Sequence record: NC_041878.1
Reading direction: 5' to 3' (one strand)
Length of the DNA stretch: 64,000 bases
Under the pieces are notes generated by a model, which made no database searches, was not told the origin of the DNA, and was given only the letters and a program-made list of their open reading frames with translations. The position numbers were made by a program, and so were the translations under genes. Positions 55,250-63,828 of the stretch are shown one piece after another. The first letter of the stretch is position 1. Every line of letters begins with the position of its first letter.

Positions 55250-55425
55250 TGCGGGAGTTTGCATTGTATGACAAGGTACACATGGAAAGGGAATATCCGT
55301 TAAGTACTAAGAAAGTACTTGATACTGTACCCGATATTTCTGATCATGAAGTTGAACGTATTATCAACATGAATGTATCAGAAAGTATTGAGATTGATAA
55401 TACTATTATCATTCGTACACTGTAA
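55249..55425 (+). CDS. Small hypothetical protein (58 aa)
   Basis: GGAGG RBS, coupled start. Confidence 0.55.
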   Translation: MREFALYDKVHMEREYPLSTKKVLDTVPDISDHEVERIINMNVSESIEIDNTIIIRTL

Positions 55426-55503
55426 AAAAACATTATCAAAAGTACTTGCTAATAGAATGCGAGTACTTTATAATGTACTTATATTAAGCGAGAGAATAAA
55501 GAA

Positions 55504-55707
55504 ATGAAAAGACTTCAAATTGACGTATCGGAACAAGCATTCAATCAATTGAAAGAATTGAAGGGTAAATGTGAAAGTGCTAGTTACGCAGATGTTACCC
55601 AAAAAGCATATAAAGTACTCGACTTCTTTATGAATGCAAAAGCTGATGGCAAATCTATAATTGTCGTAGATAAAGATGGTAAAGAAACGATAGTAGAAAT
55701 GCTTTAA
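55504..55707 (+). CDS. Ribbon-helix-helix (CopG-like) DNA-binding protein
   Basis: RLQIDV beta strand + two amphipathic helices (SYADVTQKAY). Confidence 0.6.
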   Translation: MKRLQIDVSEQAFNQLKELKGKCESASYADVTQKAYKVLDFFMNAKADGKSIIVVDKDGKETIVEML

Positions 55708-55784
55708 CTATATTATCAAAAGTACTTGCTAATAGAATGCGAGTACTTTATAATGTAGTTATTGAATCAAACAGAGATAAAGAA

Positions 55785-56087
55785 ATGAAAACTCCACATC
55801 ATAAAGCGTATGAATATCATTATTACTTTGTTGGTAAAGATGGTATTCCTTATGTAGCAAAAAACTATCTCGCTGTAGTTCCTGGCGTTAATGTTGAAAT
55901 GCTGATTAAACGCTGGAACCTTGCTGCTGGTCATGGTCGGAAGTATGTTCTTAAAGGTGAGGTGGATCTTAAAACAGCTTTATATACTCGCGGCAGTACT
56001 GGAACTATGATTGCGAATGATTGGAAGTTACTCGATCATATGCAATTCCACGGTATTGAATTTGAAGTAAAACAAATCGCAGCATAA
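55785..56087 (+). CDS. Hypothetical early protein
   Basis: ATG 55785 after own promoter. Confidence 0.7.
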   Translation: MKTPHHKAYEYHYYFVGKDGIPYVAKNYLAVVPGVNVEMLIKRWNLAAGHGRKYVLKGEVDLKTALYTRGSTGTMIANDWKLLDHMQFHGIEFEVKQIAA

Positions 56088-56152
56088 TTACAAAGTACTG
56101 GTGAAATATCCAGTACTGTTTTTATGTACAGTACTATATCCATTGAATACAT

Positions 56153-56188
56153 CTCCGCACCCTGTGGGCTGTAGCATTGTTCTTGCTA
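56153..56188 (-). repeat. Two-hairpin element copy 7 (antisense, stand-alone)
   Basis: AGC-AAGAACAAT-GCT + GCCCACAGGGTGCGGAG; minus-strand TTGACA-N17-TATTAT; runs into AGTACTGG/CCAGTACT terminator near 56094-117. Confidence 0.85.
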
Positions 56189-56313
56189 TGTGATAATAAT
56201 ATACTAGTACTTATATAATGTCAAGGAAATAATTATACTTTCAAACGTGAATTTGTCCTTGCATTTATTAATTAGTACTGTATAATACTTGTATTGAATC
56301 GGGAGAACGAACA

Positions 56314-56565
56314 ATGAACAAAGATTTAGTACTGTATTCGATTGCAATGATACTGTCAAGCATAGTAGTATACGTTGGTATCGATGAAGCAAGATCCGGT
56401 ATCTTCTGGCAAGCTACGGTCATTGCAGAAAACATCAACGATACATGGTTTAACTTTATAACTCATGGTATCAATTCGTTGTTCTTTATGGTGGTATGGA
56501 TCGGCGTTGGTTCAATGATTGCATTTGTTTTTCATTTAGTGTTTGACAACGAGCAAGAGTCCTGA
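56314..56565 (+). CDS. Two-TM membrane protein
   Basis: GGGAG RBS; two hydrophobic segments. Confidence 0.65.
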   Translation: MNKDLVLYSIAMILSSIVVYVGIDEARSGIFWQATVIAENINDTWFNFITHGINSLFFMVVWIGVGSMIAFVFHLVFDNEQES

Positions 56566-56755
56566 TATAGTACACGAATTGAAACGGAGAGATACTATGA
56601 GAGTTCAACCGATTGCACCAATTTTTAAGTTAGCCAGCAGTACTGTTAAAGATGAATATCCGAAACATATTGTTGACAATCCTTGTAGTACTGTAGTATC
56701 TTTGGGTCAGAAAACTTTTGCACAGTTATATGACAAACAATGTAAAATCAAATGA
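56543..56755 (+). CDS. Small hypothetical protein (start uncertain)
   Basis: ORF track; an internal ATG near 56598 after GGAG is more likely. Confidence 0.45.
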   Translation: MTTSKSPDIVHELKRRDTMRVQPIAPIFKLASSTVKDEYPKHIVDNPCSTVVSLGQKTFAQLYDKQCKIK

Positions 56756-56763
56756 GGTTTTAA

Positions 56764-57639
56764 ATGGGTAAGTATATTTCGTGGGGTATCTTTGGGGTTA
56801 TCGCCCTTGCAGTAATGGCAGCGGTATTTGGTGCATCATTCACAGTAAAAGAAACTGAGCGTACTGTACTGTTGCGTAATGGTAAGTTCGTGGAAGTAGC
56901 ACAGCCGGGTTTTCACCTTAAAATGCCTTTCATTACTGACACAAAAGCAATTCAGGTAACAGGCGAATCCCGCCGTTGGGAAAAGCTACAAGCATATTCA
57001 CGCGATCAACAACCTGCGGATATGGCTGTATCTGTATCTTTCAACGTACAGCCTGGACAAGTCGAACAGTTATATAAAAAGTATAACAGCATTGACGCGA
57101 TGATTTCACGTGTAATTGATCGCCAGGTGCCGCAAGCACTGGAAAACGTTTTCGGCAAGTACACAGCAATTTCAGCAGTACAAGATCGTACTAAGCTGGT
57201 GGCTGATGTTAATAAAGCCGTTAAAGAAGCAATGGCTGATGAACCGGTAACAGTATCGAGCGTACAGATCGAAGGTCTATCCTTCTCTGATGCATACGAT
57301 AAAGCAGTTGAAGATCGTATGACTGCACAGGTTGCGGTTGAACAATCCCAGCAAGATCTGGAAAAAGCTAAGATCACTTCACAGATTGCACTGACTAACG
57401 CTAAAGCCGAAGCTGATGCAAACTTTGCGAAGTTAGACGCCGAAGCGAAAGGTATCAAAGCAAAAGGTGACGCCGAAGCATCTGCGATTAAAGCGAAAGG
57501 TGAAGCCCTTAAACAAGCTGGTGATACTTTAGTAGCATATATTTACGCTACTACGTGGAAAGGTAATTCACCTACTACCGTAGTGCCTAATACCTCCATC
57601 ACTGGCTTGAGTCTGCCAGGGCAGCAAAAGCCGCAATAA
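56764..57639 (+). CDS. SPFH/band 7 (prohibitin-like) membrane protein
   Basis: N-terminal TM, ERTVLLRNGK...PGFHLKMPF, FSDAYDKAVE, Ala-rich coiled coil. Confidence 0.92.
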   Translation: MGKYISWGIFGVIALAVMAAVFGASFTVKETERTVLLRNGKFVEVAQPGFHLKMPFITDTKAIQVTGESRRWEKLQAYSRDQQPADMAVSVSFNVQPGQVEQLYKKYNSIDAMISRVIDRQVPQALENVFGKYTAISAVQDRTKLVADVNKAVKEAMADEPVTVSSVQIEGLSFSDAYDKAVEDRMTAQVAVEQSQQDLEKAKITSQIALTNAKAEADANFAKLDAEAKGIKAKGDAEASAIKAKGEALKQAGDTLVAYIYATTWKGNSPTTVVPNTSITGLSLPGQQKPQ

Positions 57640-57778
57640 GTACTGAATACTACAAAAGCCTAGCAATGTCTAGGCTTTTTTATATTTCGAAAAATATACT
57701 TTCAAACGTGAAAAGTACTTGCACAAAATGATCTGATGTAGTATTATCTTTATATCGACAACGAACAAGGAGAAACAA

Positions 57779-57976
57779 ATGGAACAACATTATGTACATA
57801 TCCCTAGCCCTCTGTTGTTTTCGAGAGAAGCTAGATTGTCTCGCATTAAGTACTTGAGCAAGGCAAAGGCAAGTACTGAGAAAGAAGATCGTGAATGGAA
57901 CTTGATTATGGCGAAGATGATGAAGCGTCATGAAAAGCAATGGATGGAAGTTTACAAAGAAGACTTTCTGAAGTAA
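57779..57976 (+). CDS. Small early protein
   Basis: AGGAG RBS, own promoter. Confidence 0.65.
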   Translation: MEQHYVHIPSPLLFSREARLSRIKYLSKAKASTEKEDREWNLIMAKMMKRHEKQWMEVYKEDFLK

Positions 57977-58054
57977 ACATTATCAAAAGTACTTTGACAA
58001 AATGGTTAGAGTACTTTATAATGATTACATCAACCACTAAGAAGGAATGTACAA

Positions 58055-58249
58055 ATGACTACTGAAGAATGGCGTAAACTTTCTCTGCAAACATCAATAA
58101 CTGAGAAAGAAAAACAGCAGAAGACTATGTTTAATAGACGTTTGAAGTATCCCCCAAGAAGTGAATTACGTCGCTTGTGCGTTCAATATTCATGGTGGTT
58201 TCGTCACGAATTAAATGATTTTCGTGTACGTTTGGCAAAAATTCAGTAA
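58055..58249 (+). CDS. Small basic early protein
   Basis: AAGGA RBS, own promoter. Confidence 0.6.
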   Translation: MTTEEWRKLSLQTSITEKEKQQKTMFNRRLKYPPRSELRRLCVQYSWWFRHELNDFRVRLAKIQ

Positions 58250-58322
58250 ACATTATCAAAAGTACTTTACTTAATTGATAGAGTACTTTATAATGATTAC
58301 ATCAAATAATGAGGAAATTGAA

Positions 58323-58646
58323 ATGAGAAATTTATTATTAGTACTGGCGGCATTTGGTACAGGTTTAATGTGTGGGAAGTTTATCTACAAAGAGAATATC
58401 TCGTTTGACTTGTTTAGTGAAACAAAGTATACTTGTTCATACAAAGCTTACAGTGAAGAATTACTTCCAATATCAGACAGTAATACTTATACTGAAAAAG
58501 AGTTGAAGAAGTATCAAGAAGGTGATAGTATTATGGGAATGAAGATTGTTAGATTGTTTCCATTCCCTGATGCGTACAGTATGTTTGTACAATCAAATAC
58601 GAATCCTGAACACAGTATTTTAATTAAGTGCGAGAAGAAAAAATGA
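58323..58646 (+). CDS. Membrane-anchored/secreted protein
   Basis: GAGGA RBS; N-terminal hydrophobic segment. Confidence 0.65.
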   Translation: MRNLLLVLAAFGTGLMCGKFIYKENISFDLFSETKYTCSYKAYSEELLPISDSNTYTEKELKKYQEGDSIMGMKIVRLFPFPDAYSMFVQSNTNPEHSILIKCEKKK

Positions 58647-59032
58647 AAACTTACGAACAACTGAAAGGTGTAGCTGGTAAGATTGTTGACAACATTCAAA
58701 AGAACAGAATCAATGAAGCAGTATTCACTACTGTAACAGGCCGCAAAACTAAAGCTATAGAGTTGGGTACTTTGGTCGGTATGGTATCTGCGGCATGTTG
58801 TGAACGCAAGATTGATACTGCGATCTTGGAATTGTACTTGCGTAATGTTCATGGGTTTGAATATCGCGGTGTCCGTAACATGAGCAATGCAATGTTGGAC
58901 GCATACGCAATTAAAGTACTTTCACATTGTGGTGATAAAGTTTTACGGTCTGGACACTTCAAAAAGATTGAAGAACTCGCCGCACAAAATACACCAGTAG
59001 ATGAAGCAGCAAAAATCATCTTAGCAATGTAA
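58643..59032 (+). CDS. Hypothetical protein
   Basis: ATGA overlap with previous stop. Confidence 0.7.
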   Translation: MKTYEQLKGVAGKIVDNIQKNRINEAVFTTVTGRKTKAIELGTLVGMVSAACCERKIDTAILELYLRNVHGFEYRGVRNMSNAMLDAYAIKVLSHCGDKVLRSGHFKKIEELAAQNTPVDEAAKIILAM

Positions 59033-59103
59033 TTATTATCAAAAGTACTTTGACAAATAAGTTAGAGTACTTTATAATGATTATATTCAACGAGGGGAAT
59101 ATA

Positions 59104-59295
59104 ATGAGCAAACAATTTACTCATGCACCAAAAGCTGGTGGTGGTTATGAAATCATGTTCGGTAATAATGTGATCGATAGTGCTGATACTTTAAAAGAAG
59201 CACGTAATAAAATTGCAAAGTTCAAACGTGAAATGAAATTTTCTAATCTGGTGAATAAGTACTTTAATTATTCAGACAACTTAAAGAAAAAATAG
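59104..59295 (+). CDS. Small early protein
   Basis: GAGGGG RBS, own promoter. Confidence 0.6.
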   Translation: MSKQFTHAPKAGGGYEIMFGNNVIDSADTLKEARNKIAKFKREMKFSNLVNKYFNYSDNLKKK

Positions 59296-59357
59296 CTTGC
59301 ATCACTCGTAATTATGAAGTATAATCTTTACATCAACCACTAAGAAGGAACAACAAA

Positions 59358-59744
59358 ATGTTTACTACTCATTACTTTGAAACAAGAACCCTGGCTCGTA
59401 ACAACGTTGCTGTACTGAACGGTAAATTCAAAGACTTCGGTACTGATGCACCGAAAGGCCAGCGTTGGGCTGTATTGGTTGAAGCACAAGAAGCACAACC
59501 AGTGCCGGAAGTCAAAGAAGAAATTAAAATCGAACAAGCAACAACTGATAATTCTTCTGTCAGTACTTCCATCAAAGATCTGCATGTTGCCGCCATTGCA
59601 AATGCTATGCCAAACGTATCCTTTACGCCAGGTATGAAACGCCGCGACGATCTGAAAACGCCTAATGGTAAGCCTGTACGCCTCATGGTACGTCGTTCGA
59701 TGGTGGCTGTACGGTTGGCTCAACATATGGCTAACTACGCTTAA
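59358..59744 (+). CDS. Conserved phage hypothetical protein
   Basis: FETRTLAR...KFKDFGTDAPKGQRWAV; AAGGA RBS. Confidence 0.7.
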   Translation: MFTTHYFETRTLARNNVAVLNGKFKDFGTDAPKGQRWAVLVEAQEAQPVPEVKEEIKIEQATTDNSSVSTSIKDLHVAAIANAMPNVSFTPGMKRRDDLKTPNGKPVRLMVRRSMVAVRLAQHMANYA

Positions 59745-59863
59745 AATTCGATTGGGGGCTTATATGCCCCCATAATTAAGTAAGGATAATACCATATGCC
59801 AATTACTCCAGTTGTTTTGTTAATTGTGGTGTGTATAATAATTTTTATATTGTTGAGGCCGCG

Positions 59864-60106
59864 ATGAAAAAGATGGTAATTGATAATACACAATTACGCA
59901 TACACTTTAAAGCAAGTACTAAAGTACTGGACAAAGCATTAAGGGTTGTGCGAGAATATACAAAAGGTGAAGTTAGACCGAGGCGATTAGGTTGTGGATT
60001 GTTTGAAGTACTGGACGTTTCGCATAATGAGCGAATCGTAATTCAAAACAGTAAACTTAACTTAATGACTCATGAACAATATAATAAGTTCGTTGAACGC
60101 CGTTGA
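59864..60106 (+). CDS. ParE/RelE-like toxin-fold protein
   Basis: PRRL...LDV...RIV...LMTHEQYNK resembles ParE-like small proteins; GAGG RBS. Confidence 0.45.
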   Translation: MKKMVIDNTQLRIHFKASTKVLDKALRVVREYTKGEVRPRRLGCGLFEVLDVSHNERIVIQNSKLNLMTHEQYNKFVERR

Positions 60107-60162
60107 CATAATCCCCTAAATATGATTATAATAAATTTATAGTCATTAGGGGATTTTTTATT

Positions 60163-60681
60163 ATGCCAGGAACATTCCGCAGTAAAAATAGTGCTACCCT
60201 AGCAGGTCACTCTGATAAATGGAGTAACTCTAATCGTAGTGCGTCAAGTCATGATGCTGGTCAAGGTAGTAGAGGAAGCCGAAACCAGGGAACAGGTATT
60301 CAAGGGAAACTAAACACTATGCCATCACAAGGCGTAGACACTTCCAAAATGAAACCAGAAGAAAAGTTAAAGTACTTTAAATCGTTGGGGTTAATGCCTG
60401 GTGCAGAACCTACACCAGAACCAGAAGTACAACCTGAACCAAAACCAGAACGTAACAAAGTACAAGCATTAACGCAAGACCTACAGAAAGTATTTGCTAA
60501 CACTCCAAACTATCTGCATAGTATTGTACAGCAGCTTAAAGAAGTGCCACCAGCACAATTTAAAAAAGCTGTATTCGCGGCGTATCGTGCAATGCAAGAA
60601 GCTACAGCACAAGCAAACGTAGATCCTAAAGCAGTACTTAAACATATAGAAGATGCAATTAACCAAAGTATCTACGATTAA
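60163..60681 (+). CDS. Hypothetical protein with disordered Gly/Ser N-terminus, probably late
   Basis: TAAATA at 60117-22; AGGGGA RBS; PE repeats. Confidence 0.7.
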   Translation: MPGTFRSKNSATLAGHSDKWSNSNRSASSHDAGQGSRGSRNQGTGIQGKLNTMPSQGVDTSKMKPEEKLKYFKSLGLMPGAEPTPEPEVQPEPKPERNKVQALTQDLQKVFANTPNYLHSIVQQLKEVPPAQFKKAVFAAYRAMQEATAQANVDPKAVLKHIEDAINQSIYD

Positions 60682-60744
60682 TATTTGACAGTACTCAATT
60701 CATCTGATAGTATTAAGTTATTCCAAACAACAAGGTACTATCAA

Positions 60745-61083
60745 ATGAAAAGAATTTTATTAGTCGGACTTCTGTTTGCAAGTACTGTTAACGCTCAAAT
60801 GTTAACTTGCTCTAACAGTACTCTTTCTTTTCGTAATAACGATGGAAGTTATAGCGAAAAGGTAGCAACAAAACTTTCAAACATCAACGTAGAAGTACTG
60901 GAACAAGCTATAACGTTCTATGCTGGTGGAATTGATAAACTGGAATTTTGGAAAGATTACAATGAGTATCGTAATGATACTGGTAAGGTAGTTCGCTCAG
61001 GTGATACTTTTTCATTGTATACCACTATTCCAACTGATACAAATAAAATGCAGCCTGTTAAAGTTGATTATGTCTGCAAATAA
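60745..61083 (+). CDS. Secreted hypothetical protein
   Basis: Signal peptide MKRILLVGLLFASTVNA; two Cys. Confidence 0.7.
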   Translation: MKRILLVGLLFASTVNAQMLTCSNSTLSFRNNDGSYSEKVATKLSNINVEVLEQAITFYAGGIDKLEFWKDYNEYRNDTGKVVRSGDTFSLYTTIPTDTNKMQPVKVDYVCK

Positions 61084-61136
61084 ATTCAAATAAAAGGTTG
61101 ACTTCGGTCGGCCTTTTTTGTTATACTTACTTTATT

Positions 61137-61169
61137 GGCAGATAAGCCGTTAGCCCATTGGGTGCGGAG
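61137..61169 (+). repeat. Two-hairpin element copy 8
   Basis: GGC-AGATAA-GCC + GCCCATTGGGTGCGGAG; TTGACT at 61098. Confidence 0.85.
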
Positions 61170-61325
61170 TTATGTCATTTTTAAGTACTTTCTATTTTGA
61201 AAATATTATACAAAAACTTATAAAAAGTCCTTGCAGATAATTCTGATTCTGCTATTATAACCACATCAAGACGGGGCAACGTCTTAGAAAACAAAATTCA
61301 AATATTAAGTGAGAGGCAGTACAAA

Positions 61326-61673
61326 ATGACTAAATCAATCAAAGTTAAAGCTACTAAATCAGTTCAGGCAAACAACGTAGAAAACATTAAAAGACTGCCT
61401 ATTGGTACTGTAGTAGTTCATAACTATGGTGAGTTTACCCACGGTGTAATTGTAGGTCATGCAGAACATGCTTACCAGGTTTATTTTAGTGCTGATATGT
61501 CACCGATGCTTCCAAAGTATCAGGCTAATACCGATGAAGCAATTAAAGCACGTATGCGTACTATTACCCTGGGCAAAGGATTCTTTGTAAGTCGCTTCAA
61601 AACAATTGAAGCAGTTCGTGAAGCACAACGCAAATATAAAAATCGTGGTCTGGATCTCGAATCAGCAGCGTAA
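61326..61673 (+). CDS. Hypothetical early protein
   Basis: GAGG RBS, own promoter. Confidence 0.7.
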   Translation: MTKSIKVKATKSVQANNVENIKRLPIGTVVVHNYGEFTHGVIVGHAEHAYQVYFSADMSPMLPKYQANTDEAIKARMRTITLGKGFFVSRFKTIEAVREAQRKYKNRGLDLESAA

Positions 61674-61763
61674 TTGAATTTAAAAAGGAGTTGACAACAG
61701 TTGGCTCCTTTGCTATACTACCCATAAGAACTTAATTGAAGTACTTTTTAAAGGCATATCATC

Positions 61764-61982
61764 ATGAGAAACATTTTAGAAGAACTCCTTAAAGAACCAA
61801 CCGAAGAAGAAATGCAAGCCAGTGCAGTACTGCGTGATCTCTGTATTCAAAATGAGCTTGAGTTTCCTGAACAATTGTTCATGTTGCAGTATTTTGCAGG
61901 TATTGAACCAGGTCTGATCGTTTCAAAGGTGAACGCATTAAACACGCCTTTGATTGAAAATGCAATACACGTAATGCACTAA
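61764..61982 (+). CDS. Small acidic protein
   Basis: 72 aa, own promoter. Confidence 0.6.
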   Translation: MRNILEELLKEPTEEEMQASAVLRDLCIQNELEFPEQLFMLQYFAGIEPGLIVSKVNALNTPLIENAIHVMH

Positions 61983-62037
61983 TTAATTCTACAAAGTACT
62001 TGACTCCGGTTGAGTACTTTAGTATTATATATTCATT

Positions 62038-62068
62038 GGCAGATAAGCCGTTACCTACAAGGTGCATA
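62038..62068 (+). repeat. Two-hairpin element copy 9 (degenerate, compensatory)
   Basis: GGC-AGATAA-GCC + ACCT-ACA-AGGTGCATA; TTGACT-N17-TATTAT (62000-28). Confidence 0.7.
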
Positions 62069-62190
62069 ATTGTATCTGTATAAAAGAAAATATAAATTCA
62101 AATAAAAAACTTGCATTTATCCGTCAGTACTGTATAATGATTTACATGGATTAGGGAATGGCCTTAATCATTTTAAGTGAGAATACTATC

Positions 62191-62760
62191 ATGAAATTTG
62201 AAGAACTGAACGAGCAACAAAAAGCTAGAGCACTTGACAAACATCGTTATATTAACGTTGATTATGACGAATGGCATGATTTTGTCAAAGACGATCATCA
62301 TTCGAAACTGGAAGCCGTTGGTTTTGAAGGCGTAGAGTCGCGTTACAGTGGTTTTTGTTCCCAGGGCGACGGGGCAAGTTTTCTTGCAAGTAACGTTGAC
62401 ATTGAGAAGTTTCTGCGTTCACAAAAACGTTGGACGCATTATCGTGCCTTGCATGAGTTTATTCGTATCAATGAGATCACGGCGAAAGTAGTTGCGTTAC
62501 CTTCTCATTACGTACACTACAATACAACTCAAGCGGAGTTATCAGGCGATTGGTATATTGATTTTACTCCTAAGCAGGAAGCACTATATAAAGAACTCGA
62601 AGAAGAGATCGACGCATATATCACACAAGCGGGTAAAGATTATTACGCTGATCTTGAAACTGCGTACTACGATCTTACCAGTGACGAACAAGTAGAACAA
62701 ACAATCATCGCGAATGATTTAGATTTTGAAGAAACAGATCATTCAGTAACTTATCTTTGA
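62191..62760 (+). CDS. Conserved acidic phage/plasmid protein (YSGFxSQGDGASF family)
   Basis: SGFCSQGDGASF motif; homologs recalled as being annotated antitoxin-like. Confidence 0.65.
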   Translation: MKFEELNEQQKARALDKHRYINVDYDEWHDFVKDDHHSKLEAVGFEGVESRYSGFCSQGDGASFLASNVDIEKFLRSQKRWTHYRALHEFIRINEITAKVVALPSHYVHYNTTQAELSGDWYIDFTPKQEALYKELEEEIDAYITQAGKDYYADLETAYYDLTSDEQVEQTIIANDLDFEETDHSVTYL

Positions 62761-62964
62761 CAAGTACTAAAACTTTATGATATAGTACTCGCATAGAAAA
62801 AAACACGAGCAAACAACTATGCGAGTACTTAAATCACATAACGATATAATTTTCGCTACTTATGGCGATTGTTATATGGTTAAAAAAGGGAGGATGAAAA
62901 TAGTTTGTAATAATCCCGTAATTGCTTTATACTATTACTGTAAACTTTTAAGTGAGAATATAAA

Positions 62965-63297
62965 ATGAGAAAACCTAACGTAGAAATTCTTTGTGATTCG
63001 CATCATGGTGTACATATCCCGTCCATCATGATTCAACGTCTGGTAGATGCAGGTTGGCGAAACATTCCCGCCGATGCCGTAGAAGTACTTTCTTCCGTAG
63101 ACAATGAAGGTTATTGGGATTGTTGGGAAGAAGTACTTAACAATGCAGAATGGCATGATGCAAGTACTGGTCAAGTATTCAAGTTGCACCAGGACGGCGA
63201 TCTGTTTGCTTATTGCAAGGATAGTATGACTCCGCAAGAGTATCATCATATGTTTGGTGAATATCCAGACTGGTACAATCAGGAAGAAGAAGCATAA
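62965..63297 (+). CDS. Conserved phage hypothetical protein
   Basis: HGVHIP...YWDCWEEVL.NA...LHQDGDLF. Confidence 0.7.
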   Translation: MRKPNVEILCDSHHGVHIPSIMIQRLVDAGWRNIPADAVEVLSSVDNEGYWDCWEEVLNNAEWHDASTGQVFKLHQDGDLFAYCKDSMTPQEYHHMFGEYPDWYNQEEEA

Positions 63298-63350
63298 TTA
63301 AATTTAAAAAGTACTTGACTCCGGTCAGGTACTTTGCTATTATGTATACA

Positions 63351-63387
63351 TAGCAAGAACAATGCTTTAGCCCATAGGGTGCAGGAG
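63351..63387 (+). repeat. Two-hairpin element copy 10
   Basis: AGC-AAGAACAAT-GCT + GCCCATAGGGTGCAGGAG; TTGACT-N17-TATTAT (63315-43). Confidence 0.8.
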
Positions 63388-63506
63388 TGTAGTTATAGTA
63401 TAAGGATGTAGTACTGAAAGAAATATAAAGTTAAATGAAAAATTCCCTTGCTTTCTTTCTTTCGTGTGGTATACTTTAGTTATTGAAACAGAGCGGAGTT
63501 TGAAAA

Positions 63507-63749
63507 ATGTCTAAATCAGGAATCGAATTTAAAGTGCGGAAATGGTCTGAGCATGGTGCAAGACGCCCATTCGATGTAGTAGCACTGGATCACGACAACA
63601 ACAAACAGCACTACCAGCCAGGCTGCACTTTCAGTACTGAGGATGGGGCAGAGCGTCACGCTCAAGTACTGGCACAGCGTATTAAAGACAATGCAAACAC
63701 TATTAAGTTTATTCGTGATTGCTGGCCTGTAGACGGCGGGATCGAATAA
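63507..63749 (+). CDS. Hypothetical early protein
   Basis: GGAG RBS, own promoter. Confidence 0.7.
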   Translation: MSKSGIEFKVRKWSEHGARRPFDVVALDHDNNKQHYQPGCTFSTEDGAERHAQVLAQRIKDNANTIKFIRDCWPVDGGIE

Positions 63750-63828
63750 AAATTCAAATGAAAAAGTACTGGACAATCTAAGTTTAGTACTTTATAATTT
63801 AAATACAAAACGAATTGAGGAACTGATT

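Larger units (their letters stand above)
50884..63791 (+). repeat. Repeated early-promoter cassette with paired AGTACT palindromes
   Basis: AGTACT pairs at 50884/50904, 51416/51437, 51617/51637, 51917/51939, 52933/52954, 53175/53196, 53430/53451, 54862/54884, 55441/55462, 55721/55742, 57988/58010, 58261/58282, 59044/59066, 63765/63786, each followed by TATAAT. Confidence 0.9.

Noticed and set aside
57006-57458. 150-aa minus-strand ORF
   Set aside because: Shadow of the SPFH gene.
61137-61169. Similarity of GGCAGATAAGCCGTT to enterobacterial REP sequences
   Set aside because: The match is short, lacks the GTAG end and long REP palindrome, and is not shared by most copies.
48525-62970. Recurrent TAAGTGAG(A) upstream of early genes as a novel operator
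   Set aside because: Its position a few nt before start codons and near-complementarity to the 16S 3' end explain it as a Shine-Dalgarno variant.
46931-63387. CCCACAGGGTGCGGAG repeats as a CRISPR array (partial resemblance to type I-C repeat stems)
   Set aside because: Copies are kilobases apart, on both strands, without constant-length spacers or cas genes; the resemblance covers only a short GC stem. A solitary-repeat (Racr-like) role is not excluded but is unsupported.
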